From: a virus
Lineage: Duplodnaviria; Caudoviricetes
IMG/VR virus record: IMGVR_UViG_3300033067_001807
Location: 1 to 64,000 of that record
Reading direction: 5' to 3' (one strand)
DNA: 64,000 bases
This document shows, one piece after another, positions 1 through 8,514 of this stretch. The stretch's first letter is position 1. Every line of letters begins with the position of its first letter. The position numbers were made by a program, and so were the translations under genes. Below the pieces are notes generated by a model that saw only the letters and a program-made list of their open reading frames with translations, was not told where the DNA came from and searched no databases.

Positions 1-1290
1 TTCGTTTACTGTAATACTTTTAAGAAGTTTTTGTCCAATTTTAGACAATGAAACTCCTTCTTCTGAAATTGTAAAGTAATGTGCATTGTTTTTAGTCCAT
101 CTTTTAGAATTATTAGAAAGACCTGCAACAAAATTTTCAAATGCCTCTTTGGTAATTTTACCATTTTTAATAAACTCTAATACTTTATTTCTAACAGCAG
201 CTGTTTTACCTACTGTTTTTGCTGGATTATTTTCAGTATATTGTCTTTTAAGAATAACATTGCGACCTTCAGTAATCACAGATTCTAATACATCTTCTAA
301 TTCCAAGTCATAGTTTGCAAGAACTTTATCTAATTTATCTGCTGGAACTTTGTCGCCATACGAAACAGAAAGATCTTGAATTGCAGATTTTGCGTCAATC
401 ACCCAATCACCTGCGTTATTTGCAATCTTAACTATTTCTTTGGTATTATAGAATTTTTTAGATTCGATAACGATAGATTCTGCGACATTAGTTTCCCACC
501 AATCTTGAAGTTTTTGGAATTCTTTACTTCCCATATTTGAAAGCATATAATCCATTATGTCATTATCGTAATCTTCAGCTTCATCTTTATAACCACCTGG
601 AGTATCGATGTAATCTTTACCCATGATTTTTTTGATTGCTGATTCTGGCATTCCATCAATTTCCTCTAAGAAATCTTCGAAATTTTCAGTATTTTTAAAT
701 TTGGCTGCTTCAGTAACTACTGATTCATTTGCAAATGCCTTTTTCATGTTTTTTGCAATTGTGTCAACTGTATCATTTTTCTTACCATATACTGGATTCG
801 AAGGTACTGCCATATTCATAACATTTCCGTTTTGATAGATATTATATGAACCTCCCTCAAATTCTTCTCCATCAACATCAAGGTCAAATGAATCCTCTTC
901 TAATGTTCTTTTATTAACAGTAACTTTACTACTGTCAATTTTTGACATTGCGTCTGCAAATTTTTGTGCAATTTTCAAAGTCTCTTCCTTTGTAAGACCC
1001 GCTGGTTTTCCATAAGCCTCATCAAGATTTTCATTAACAACCAATTGAACATCTTTATCTTTGCCTGCAACTGCGGCATCTAATTCTTTAACTAGGTCAT
1101 TTTTCTTTGAGGTTAATCCCTTTAATTCTGCAAGAATATTTGCCTTTTCATCTCCGGTTGCGGCAGCATATTCCTTTGCCATTGCCGCCATTTTATTTAC
1201 AACTTCAGTAAATTCAGTTTGAATTTTGTTAATCGATCTTTCGTTTAACACACTGTTCATTTCATTTACGTATTTTTCAAATGAGCTCAT
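1..1290 (-). CDS. Modular putative internal-head polyprotein; runs off the left edge (>=430 aa); not in ORF track
   Basis: Hand translation from ATG at 1290 gives 430 codons with no stop (MSSFEKYVNEMNSVLNERS...KSITVNE). N-terminal capsid-targeting-like tag; linkers ENLDE|A, ESVVTE|A, ESIVIE|S, ESVITE|G. Confidence 0.85.
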   Translation of the reverse strand, partial: MSSFEKYVNEMNSVLNERSINKIQTEFTEVVNKMAAMAKEYAAATGDEKANILAELKGLTSKKNDLVKELDAAVAGKDKDVQLVVNENLDEAYGKPAGLTKEETLKIAQKFADAMSKIDSSKVTVNKRTLEEDSFDLDVDGEEFEGGSYNIYQNGNVMNMAVPSNPVYGKKNDTVDTIAKNMKKAFANESVVTEAAKFKNTENFEDFLEEIDGMPESAIKKIMGKDYIDTPGGYKDEAEDYDNDIMDYMLSNMGSKEFQKLQDWWETNVAESIVIESKKFYNTKEIVKIANNAGDWVIDAKSAIQDLSVSYGDKVPADKLDKVLANYDLELEDVLESVITEGRNVILKRQYTENNPAKTVGKTAAVRNKVLEFIKNGKITKEAFENFVAGLSNNSKRWTKNNAHYFTISEEGVSLSKIGQKLLKSITVNE

Positions 1291-1326
1291 TTTTTGCTTT
1301 TTATTTTTATATTATAAGATTATATA

Positions 1327-3204
1327 TTAAAATTTATTTATGAATTGTTCAAATGTCATAATTTCAGCTGAAACGGTTTCGGCAACTACTCCCATTTTAT
1401 CTTCTAACTTTGACTTTAGTTCATTGTACATTGGGTGAATTGCCTTAGGTGTCATTGATTGAAATTCTTTCTCATTTCCATTTAACATTGCATTTCTAAC
1501 TTTAGTTGCCGAAATTTCATCATCAGTTCTTGGAATTTCAAATAACGCAAAATCAGCTCTTACATTTAATTGGTCTCTATATGAGTCATTGTTAACCATG
1601 TATCCATAAGCTTTCATTCTATCGCTTCCAGTTCCCCATAACACAGGCTCATATTTTGGTCTTACCTCATTAAACATTATATCTATGGCCGCGCTTGGCA
1701 CAACAAATATTTCCTTTAGAAAAGGATATTGTTTTTTAACCTTATTAAACATTTCGATTTGAGTGTTTTCCTCATAAGGTCTACTAAATTCATCACCTTT
1801 TTTAACTGTCTTTGATTTTACCAAAAATACAACTACAGGATATCCATTCGCTTTGTACATTGTTTCAAGTACCTTTGCATGTCCAAGTGTAAATGGTTGA
1901 AATCTACCAACAAACATATTTACGGGTTCTTTACCCTGTTCCATGTGTTTAACAGTTAAAGCTTCGTTTAAGTTCACAGATGCTTTAATCTTATTATGTA
2001 ACATAAAGTTGTTATAGTCATATACCGCATTTTCATCGGTATTTTCTACAAATATTTTTTGATTTATTTTATCAATAAAATCGTTCATTCTTGCAAGAGT
2101 GTCTTCGTCAATTAAATCAGTTGCCTTAGTTCTCTTTTTTCTAAATGAACTTAAAATCATTTTCAATAATTCTGACAATATCTCATTGTCAACATATTTT
2201 AGCGTCTTTTCATTTTTGATGTATTTTGAATTTAATCTAAAAGATTGTGCTGTAGAAAATTCTGCACTTTCAAAATTAACGCCAATATATTTTGATGAAT
2301 TTTTGTCAATATATCCATTAAATAGGACAGACATTATTTCTAAGTATCTATAATCAGCATGCTCCTCTTCGATTGTTACATCATCGAGGTCATACATTGT
2401 AACATATTCTAGAAAGTCTGTAACTGCAATCTGATATGTGTGACTTGAAGCTCGCATATCTCTTTTTTCTGCACCTGCTCTTAAAAAATCTTCAAGCTTA
2501 AAGGACTTCATTGTTTTTCCATCAATGAAATTAATAACTAATCCATCTATTTCACTGTCTAAATTCGAATTAAGTGCAGTGGCAGTTATGCTTGGATTAA
2601 AAATTTTAAATATTGCCTTGGTAAAACTTTCTTTGTCTGCTGTTTCAGTTAAATAGTCAAATGAATCAGCAAATTCTCTGTCTCCCATTGCCAATAATTC
2701 TAATAGGTTTTCTCTCTGTTCTTGTGAAAGATAACCATCGAATATTACTGGCGGTGTTTGCACATCCATGATTTTCGCCCATTTATTTAAAATAAGTGGA
2801 TCGTTTATAGTTTTTCTAACTTTGCCACCTTCGCTTAATTGGTGGATATGTGTTAAAATTAAATTATTTGTAGGTGTTATTTCATAGACAATATCAGATG
2901 CCTTTGTTTCAGGCAAGTATTCAAATCCAAACATCCAATCTACTGGAAATTGTGCCTTAGTATCTTTTGATAAACTTTGTAAATGATTAATGGCCATTTC
3001 ATATAACGAAATTATGGTTCTATCTATCATATTCAACCTTTCAGCCGTTGCAGATTTATAAAATTCAAATCCATTTATATTTCTTCTAAAAAGAAACGTG
3101 GGTGCTGCAACCTTTTCGGTTACTAGTACCCTATGTTTTAACATTTCAATAAAATTTTCTCTATTGGTCTCGTTAAAATATTCTCTTATTTTTTGTAATG
3201 CCAT
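1327..3204 (-). CDS. Degenerate ATP-dependent ligase-like domain fused to HIGH-family (cytidylyltransferase/NMNAT-like) nucleotidyltransferase
   Basis: C-terminal MFVGRFQPFTLGH, GTGSDR and ISATKVR motifs. N-terminal TEKVAA (motif I-like), FGFEY and IDGLVINF...FKL. Confidence 0.7.
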   Translation of the reverse strand: MALQKIREYFNETNRENFIEMLKHRVLVTEKVAAPTFLFRRNINGFEFYKSATAERLNMIDRTIISLYEMAINHLQSLSKDTKAQFPVDWMFGFEYLPETKASDIVYEITPTNNLILTHIHQLSEGGKVRKTINDPLILNKWAKIMDVQTPPVIFDGYLSQEQRENLLELLAMGDREFADSFDYLTETADKESFTKAIFKIFNPSITATALNSNLDSEIDGLVINFIDGKTMKSFKLEDFLRAGAEKRDMRASSHTYQIAVTDFLEYVTMYDLDDVTIEEEHADYRYLEIMSVLFNGYIDKNSSKYIGVNFESAEFSTAQSFRLNSKYIKNEKTLKYVDNEILSELLKMILSSFRKKRTKATDLIDEDTLARMNDFIDKINQKIFVENTDENAVYDYNNFMLHNKIKASVNLNEALTVKHMEQGKEPVNMFVGRFQPFTLGHAKVLETMYKANGYPVVVFLVKSKTVKKGDEFSRPYEENTQIEMFNKVKKQYPFLKEIFVVPSAAIDIMFNEVRPKYEPVLWGTGSDRMKAYGYMVNNDSYRDQLNVRADFALFEIPRTDDEISATKVRNAMLNGNEKEFQSMTPKAIHPMYNELKSKLEDKMGVVAETVSAEIMTFEQFINKF

Positions 3205-3229
3205 TTTTATATTTATAGAATTATTTTAT

Positions 3230-4516
3230 TTATCTGCCGTATTTAATAATACCTAGTAGTGAATTTATTGCGGCGAATGTTCCTGTAAGCTTCATTGTCT
3301 TTCCTTTATAAACAAAAACAATACCTTCAGTTGGAATAATTGAGTCTATTCCTCCGATTCTATCAAGTCTTTCAAGTTCTGAAATTACTTTATCGACTTG
3401 TGGGGCTTCTCCTCCTTTTTTAATTTTATCTGCCTCAGATCTAATTTGTGCATGCAATCTTTGCATCTCGACTGCAGGGTTTGCTGCCACAAAGTTACTT
3501 GCATTTTTTAAGATAATACTACCCAACTCCAGAAATAAATCTTCAAATGGTCTAATATTTTCTTTATATTTCTTTTTAACGTCTTCTTTGTCAAATTTCT
3601 TAATTAATTCAGCCTGATCTTTTCCAAGTTCTTTATCTAAACTTCTTAAGTTAAGTGTTTTCTTGTCATCGTATGCCCATCTAAGTAGTAGACCCTCTTT
3701 AAAGTTTTGTGATAACGCTGGGAAATTTTTGTCAATTTGCTCTCTCCACCACATTTCATGATATTTAGAAACTTCATCAGCATCTGTTAATTTATAACGA
3801 TTTTTAAGTTCCTCTACCTTTGCAATAAATTTACCTTTGTTTTCACTGAAATTTAAGTCCTTACCTATTTGAATAATTTGAGGAGGGATTACTGTAAATA
3901 CCTTTCCTATATGTGATTTAACGTCCTCTAGGGCCTTTGCAATTGAGCGTGCATATTTATCTTCAGATCCAATAATATTACCCTCACCGTCAGTTATTTT
4001 AATCCCATGGAACTGTATAACATCTCTATCATAATAGATTACATTTGGATTTTTAGAATAAATAAGCTCCATGTTCATGAAGTTTTTACCATTGTTAAAT
4101 GCCTCTAAATCATTTGGTGATAATTTAATAAGTAAGGTAGCTAAATCATCTGCTGCAAATTGAAATGTGTCCTGTACTAATTTACTAGGATGTCCTTCAA
4201 ATTTTTGTTTAAACGCAGAAAGATCCATTGGATTTTTTAGTTCGGTTTTATTTCTTGCAAATTTAACTTGACCATCCTGTACTGTAGCAAAAACGTTTTG
4301 ACCATCGGTTTTTTCAGTAGGTTCCTTTTCAAATGTTAAATTACCGGATAGCCCTGCCTCAATGATTTTTTTAAAATCCCCAAAAGTTAAATCATGTTCA
4401 TCAAATGGATGTGACATATGCCCTGCTGCTCCGCCTTCAAGTAAAAGTTGCTCATGTAATTTAACTTCGTATTTTTCAGTTAAAAACTGATTAAAATTAA
4501 GGATTCTTGTTTTCAT
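3230..4516 (-). CDS. ATP-dependent ligase/nucleotidyltransferase-fold protein (RNA ligase-like) with capsid-targeting-like N-terminus
   Basis: TEKTDG (KxDG motif I), NMELI, EGIVF...KLTG (motifs IV/V-like). Start moved to ATG 4516 (MKTRILNFNQFLTE) because the upstream extension overlaps a hairpin/promoter. Confidence 0.6.
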   Translation of the reverse strand: MKTRILNFNQFLTEKYEVKLHEQLLLEGGAAGHMSHPFDEHDLTFGDFKKIIEAGLSGNLTFEKEPTEKTDGQNVFATVQDGQVKFARNKTELKNPMDLSAFKQKFEGHPSKLVQDTFQFAADDLATLLIKLSPNDLEAFNNGKNFMNMELIYSKNPNVIYYDRDVIQFHGIKITDGEGNIIGSEDKYARSIAKALEDVKSHIGKVFTVIPPQIIQIGKDLNFSENKGKFIAKVEELKNRYKLTDADEVSKYHEMWWREQIDKNFPALSQNFKEGLLLRWAYDDKKTLNLRSLDKELGKDQAELIKKFDKEDVKKKYKENIRPFEDLFLELGSIILKNASNFVAANPAVEMQRLHAQIRSEADKIKKGGEAPQVDKVISELERLDRIGGIDSIIPTEGIVFVYKGKTMKLTGTFAAINSLLGIIKYGR

Positions 4517-4533
4517 ATTGTAAATATAATAAA

Positions 4534-4563
4534 AATACCTGACATAATAAAACATCAGGTATT
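4534..4563 (-). terminator. Hairpin AATACCTGA...TCAGGTATT plus T-run, followed by TATATTTAC promoter-like box
   Basis: 9-bp inverted repeat at 4534-4542 and 4555-4563 between two genes. Confidence 0.6.
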
Positions 4564-4579
4564 ATTTATTTAAATTATT

Positions 4580-6298
4580 TTAAGATTCTTGAGAGATTTC
4601 TTCGTTCGTATCTGATTCTCCTAAAGAACCTGTTAACATTCCAACGCATGCACCATAATCTCCATCACATTTTTTAAGAATTCCATCTGCAACTTCTCCA
4701 GCTTTAGCTTCGTCAAAGTCAGTACCGAACGCTTTTTTCAAAACACTCATTGCATATTCTTTAAATTCATCGTCAGATTTGATTTCTGCTTCATTGACTA
4801 GGGATTCAAATAAAGTTAATTCATAGCGATATGCATATGATTTATCAGCTGTACTTTTTGATAGCTTCTTAGTAGCAAATCCCATAGATTTTAATTTCTT
4901 TTCGATTTCATCTCTACGTTGTTTATCTTCACATCTAAAAATTAAACGATCACTATTTCCATGAGAACCTTTTTCAAGTTCAACACTATTTGCGCCAATT
5001 CCGTATGGGTTATTTTCATACTTATCTCTAATTTCTTCAAATGACATAGCTTCATTAACTAAAGATTCTTTGATTCCTAATTCTTGTAATTTTCTAACAG
5101 GTACACCTTTCTTTTCTTCATCATCCGGATTAGGATATGCTAATAAATTAGCAGCAATTAATCTTTTGTAGATTTCTGCTTTAACTAATCCAAAATCAAT
5201 TGAGTCACTTGAATTTTCCCAAGTATCTGCGACATGTTCTGGATCGATCCAACCATATCCTGACTTGATATTTTTAACCATGTCGTTAAAATCGGCGTCA
5301 AATCGCTTAACAGCGGCCTCTGAGATTACTGACTCATTTTTTTTTACTGAATCCTTTAACGCATCTAATTCTTTTTTCAATTCCTTAGGTAGACCTCTTT
5401 CGATTCCCCAATTAAAACTTGCGTTAACTAACATATATAATGGTAAGTTCTCATTTCTTTTGCCATAAGGCGAAGATTCAATCCATGATAAATAATGGTC
5501 AGCTAATTCCTTTGACATTTTAATACCTTCTGCCTCTGTTGAATCACCGTCAACGATTCCTTTAAGTAATTTTTTAGCCATACCATGTTTTCCTTCAGTA
5601 ATCACAGTTTCGAACATTTTAGCTAATTTACTTTTTTTAAGAGTCATTGTAATAAAATCTACAATTTCATCAAATTCAAACATTTCATCATATAAATCTT
5701 TGAAAATAATCTCGGCCGATTTTAGCAAGGCATCCATTGCCTTAGTATTATGAAGTCCGTCCATTCTATCAAATGCGCTTCTGCTAATTGCCTCATCTAA
5801 ATGTTCTTCAACTTTATAAGTTTCTCCTTCAAATTCAAATTCAGATTCTCCTGCCTCTTTTGCTTTTCTAACTGCATCTCCAAAAGCATTACCTTCTTCA
5901 ATGGATTCCTTAACGCCAGTATCTTTAATTGTTACTTTATAAGTTTTACCATTAAATTCGAATTCATCTTTACCTTCTGCTTTGGCCTTTCCAGCAGCAT
6001 ATACAAATGCATTACCTTCTTCTAATTTTTTAGGTTCTCCTAATTTATTGATTTCGTCTTCAATATCTTCTGCTTCATCTTCTGAAACATTACCGAACAT
6101 TTTACTAATTAGTGCCTGTTTTGTATCTTCTTCCAATTCAGTTAGAGAGGTTACTCCCATTTCATCAAGGATTTCTCCAATTTTACCAACAGTTTCCTGT
6201 CTTTTTGCGTTGTTTTCTTCTCGTAGTTTCATTGCAGTTTCCTGGTTTTTAACCTCAGTAAAACTTTTAAATGAAGAGATTTTGTTAACTTCTGCCAT
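4580..6298 (-). CDS. Modular putative internal-head polyprotein (572 aa)
   Basis: Seven protease-site-like linkers at E94, E135, E169, E235, E327, E416 and E503; duplicated EEGNAF module; late-promoter-like motif upstream. Confidence 0.75.
   Translation of the reverse strand: MAEVNKISSFKSFTEVKNQETAMKLREENNAKRQETVGKIGEILDEMGVTSLTELEEDTKQALISKMFGNVSEDEAEDIEDEINKLGEPKKLEEGNAFVYAAGKAKAEGKDEFEFNGKTYKVTIKDTGVKESIEEGNAFGDAVRKAKEAGESEFEFEGETYKVEEHLDEAISRSAFDRMDGLHNTKAMDALLKSAEIIFKDLYDEMFEFDEIVDFITMTLKKSKLAKMFETVITEGKHGMAKKLLKGIVDGDSTEAEGIKMSKELADHYLSWIESSPYGKRNENLPLYMLVNASFNWGIERGLPKELKKELDALKDSVKKNESVISEAAVKRFDADFNDMVKNIKSGYGWIDPEHVADTWENSSDSIDFGLVKAEIYKRLIAANLLAYPNPDDEEKKGVPVRKLQELGIKESLVNEAMSFEEIRDKYENNPYGIGANSVELEKGSHGNSDRLIFRCEDKQRRDEIEKKLKSMGFATKKLSKSTADKSYAYRYELTLFESLVNEAEIKSDDEFKEYAMSVLKKAFGTDFDEAKAGEVADGILKKCDGDYGACVGMLTGSLGESDTNEEISQES
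5810..6025 (-). repeat. Two tandem intragenic modules EEGNAF..A..KAK..G..EFEF.G.TYKV
   Basis: Residues about 92-123 and 133-163 of ORF 4580-6298. Confidence 0.85.
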
Positions 6299-6330
6299 TT
6301 TATTGTTATTTTTTTATTACGTTATTATGT

Positions 6331-7839
6331 TTATATATCTCCATCAAAATTGACTTTCTTAATAGTGTAATCAAACTTCTCCTGTTTATATATAGCCTGT
6401 CTTGCCTTGCCATGTTTATATAGGTAATTATCCCATTCAATTGTTCTAATATCGTCTACAAAATCTACGATTAGTACTTTATCCTTTGATTCATGTTGGC
6501 GTAATCCTCGACCAATTGATTGTCTAATAATTACCTCTGACTTGAAGGATTCTGTAAAAAATATATTGTGAATTTTTTTAATTGAGATTCCTGTTGAAAA
6601 AGTTCCATAACTTGCAACGATTACGATTTCCTCACCGGCTTCCATCTTCTTTTTATATTCTTCCCTAATATCGGAAGCGGTTCCTCCATCTACATAGAAA
6701 ACACGTTTATTTGTTTCCTGTCTTAGTTTTTCGTATAATCTCTGACCATGTTCAATTCGATGGAAAAGTACAAGTGAGTTTCTTGGAACTCTACCTATAA
6801 CACTTGATATAAAATCTAATCGTGCCGCATTATTAATCACAAAATTCTGTTCAAGTGAAAAAACATCCTTATTTTCATATTTATTTTGTGCTAATTCCAT
6901 TAGGGCAGTTTTCTGTTTATCGGTTGCATAGTCCATTTCAATAACTTTAACCGCACATTTTGCGATGTGACCTTCGTCCTGTAAAAAGCTTGCCTTAACC
7001 TCTGTGATTACAGGGCCAGTTTGACTCATCAGGGTTAATTTATCTAATGTACCATCCTTTGGAATTGTACCCGAAAGTCCAAATCTATATTTTGCATTTA
7101 TACATTTTTGTAAAATTGTCTTGATACTTGCTGATTTTGCCTTATGTGTTTCATCAACGATTACGGCATCAAATTCTGCAAAATAGTCTGCATCTTTTTT
7201 AATAAGAGATTGATATGTACCTATGATAATATTTTTATTGCCTTTAATTTTTTGACCTGCAAAAATCTGTTGAATTCTTAAGTCAATTCTATTTCTAAAG
7301 TTGTATTCATGAAAATCCTCATGTGCCTGTACAACCAGTGAAACATTAGGTACTATAAATAAAATCTTTTGGGCTTTATTTTTTTCTAACATATATGCAA
7401 TTGTTAGAAAACTGATTAGGGTCTTACCCGCTGATGTTGCAAGCTCTGCAAGGCATTTTCTAAATTTTAGAATATTGTATGCTGCCTCAACCTGATAGTC
7501 CCTAGGAGTTATCTTTGAACCCTCAAATAGGCCATATGCCCATGTTTCAAATCCTTCTGCTGAAATATCGGGGTCGATTAATCTTTTAATTCCATTTATT
7601 TTTAATTCAAAACGATAATCCTTACATACGCTCATTACATATCGCCATAGTCCTGCAGGAATCCATTTATCATCTTTAATATAAGATACATAACCATCCC
7701 ACACACCTCTTTTGACAAGTGGATTAAATCTCCACGAGTCAATTCGTTTAGTTAAAGAAATTCTAATTTGCTCTAACTCAAGCTCAGTTGATTCATCAAT
7801 TCTTAAAAATTGATTGTCTTCTGTTAATGTTAAAATCAA
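6331..7839 (-). CDS. uvsW: UvsW-like superfamily 2 DNA helicase
   Basis: PRDYQ, ATSAGKT, IVDETH, GLSGT and QSIGRGLR motifs; next to uvsY; TTG start (start uncertain). Confidence 0.9.
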   Translation of the reverse strand: MILTLTEDNQFLRIDESTELELEQIRISLTKRIDSWRFNPLVKRGVWDGYVSYIKDDKWIPAGLWRYVMSVCKDYRFELKINGIKRLIDPDISAEGFETWAYGLFEGSKITPRDYQVEAAYNILKFRKCLAELATSAGKTLISFLTIAYMLEKNKAQKILFIVPNVSLVVQAHEDFHEYNFRNRIDLRIQQIFAGQKIKGNKNIIIGTYQSLIKKDADYFAEFDAVIVDETHKAKSASIKTILQKCINAKYRFGLSGTIPKDGTLDKLTLMSQTGPVITEVKASFLQDEGHIAKCAVKVIEMDYATDKQKTALMELAQNKYENKDVFSLEQNFVINNAARLDFISSVIGRVPRNSLVLFHRIEHGQRLYEKLRQETNKRVFYVDGGTASDIREEYKKKMEAGEEIVIVASYGTFSTGISIKKIHNIFFTESFKSEVIIRQSIGRGLRQHESKDKVLIVDFVDDIRTIEWDNYLYKHGKARQAIYKQEKFDYTIKKVNFDGDI

Positions 7840-7856
7840 ATCCCATGCAATCTTTT

Positions 7857-8285
7857 TTACAATCTTGACATATCTAGGCGATTCTTTATTGCAAAGCCCA
7901 TGTTGTCAAGAGTTTTTACCGATCCCTCGATAAAGTTTTTTTGAGTTATTAATAACTCAAGAATCTGTGTATCATCTGAAATATCAGCCTCTACAAATTT
8001 TTCGCGCATCCTATCTGTCAACTTATAATCATAGTTAAAGTATTCGATCCATTTGTCTCTGTACCTTTTGTCTACTGTTGCCTTTTGTGATTTAATGCGG
8101 TTTCCCATGGTAGCAAGTTGTTCTACCAATATTTGACGATAACTTAAAGTATATGAACTAACTTCTTCAAGATTAATACCTATCTTTAATTGTTCCGCCA
8201 ATCCCTTTATTTTAGAAGTCCAATCAACTCTTTGTTTACTTAAATAATCATCAAGCTGTTGTATTTTATCTACTGTTTCTGACAT
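7857..8285 (-). CDS. uvsY: UvsY-like recombination mediator
   Basis: 142-aa helical protein with YFNYDYKLT...FVEAD and KTLDNMGFAIKN; adjacent to uvsW as in T4-like phages. Confidence 0.7.
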   Translation of the reverse strand: MSETVDKIQQLDDYLSKQRVDWTSKIKGLAEQLKIGINLEEVSSYTLSYRQILVEQLATMGNRIKSQKATVDKRYRDKWIEYFNYDYKLTDRMREKFVEADISDDTQILELLITQKNFIEGSVKTLDNMGFAIKNRLDMSRL

Positions 8286-8295
8286 ATTGTCTTTA

Positions 8296-8514
8296 TTAAA
8301 ATAATGAGTTTCCTTTTTTATTGTCCTTAATGTAAACTGAACTTTTAAACTTTGCTTTAAGTTTTGGTTTAGTCATTGTAAATTGCTTACCCTCGTGCGA
8401 AATAATGGTTGATGTGAAATCAATAATCAGCTTTAGGTTTTTTCTCCTATTTCTTTCGTCTTCAAAGTCCTCGAATTGTTCTTCGATCATTTGTAAAAAA
8501 TCTTTTTTTATCAT
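8296..8514 (-). CDS. Hypothetical protein
   Basis: ORF tightly packed in the operon; overlaps the primase stop. Confidence 0.6.
   Translation of the reverse strand: MIKKDFLQMIEEQFEDFEDERNRRKNLKLIIDFTSTIISHEGKQFTMTKPKLKAKFKSSVYIKDNKKGNSLF

Noticed and set aside
4517-4555. N-terminal extensions given by the track (also 9636-9662, 57376-57441, 59016-59111)
   Set aside because: They overlap hairpin/promoter elements or the upstream gene and are Tyr/Phe/Ile-rich AT noise; downstream ATGs fit better.
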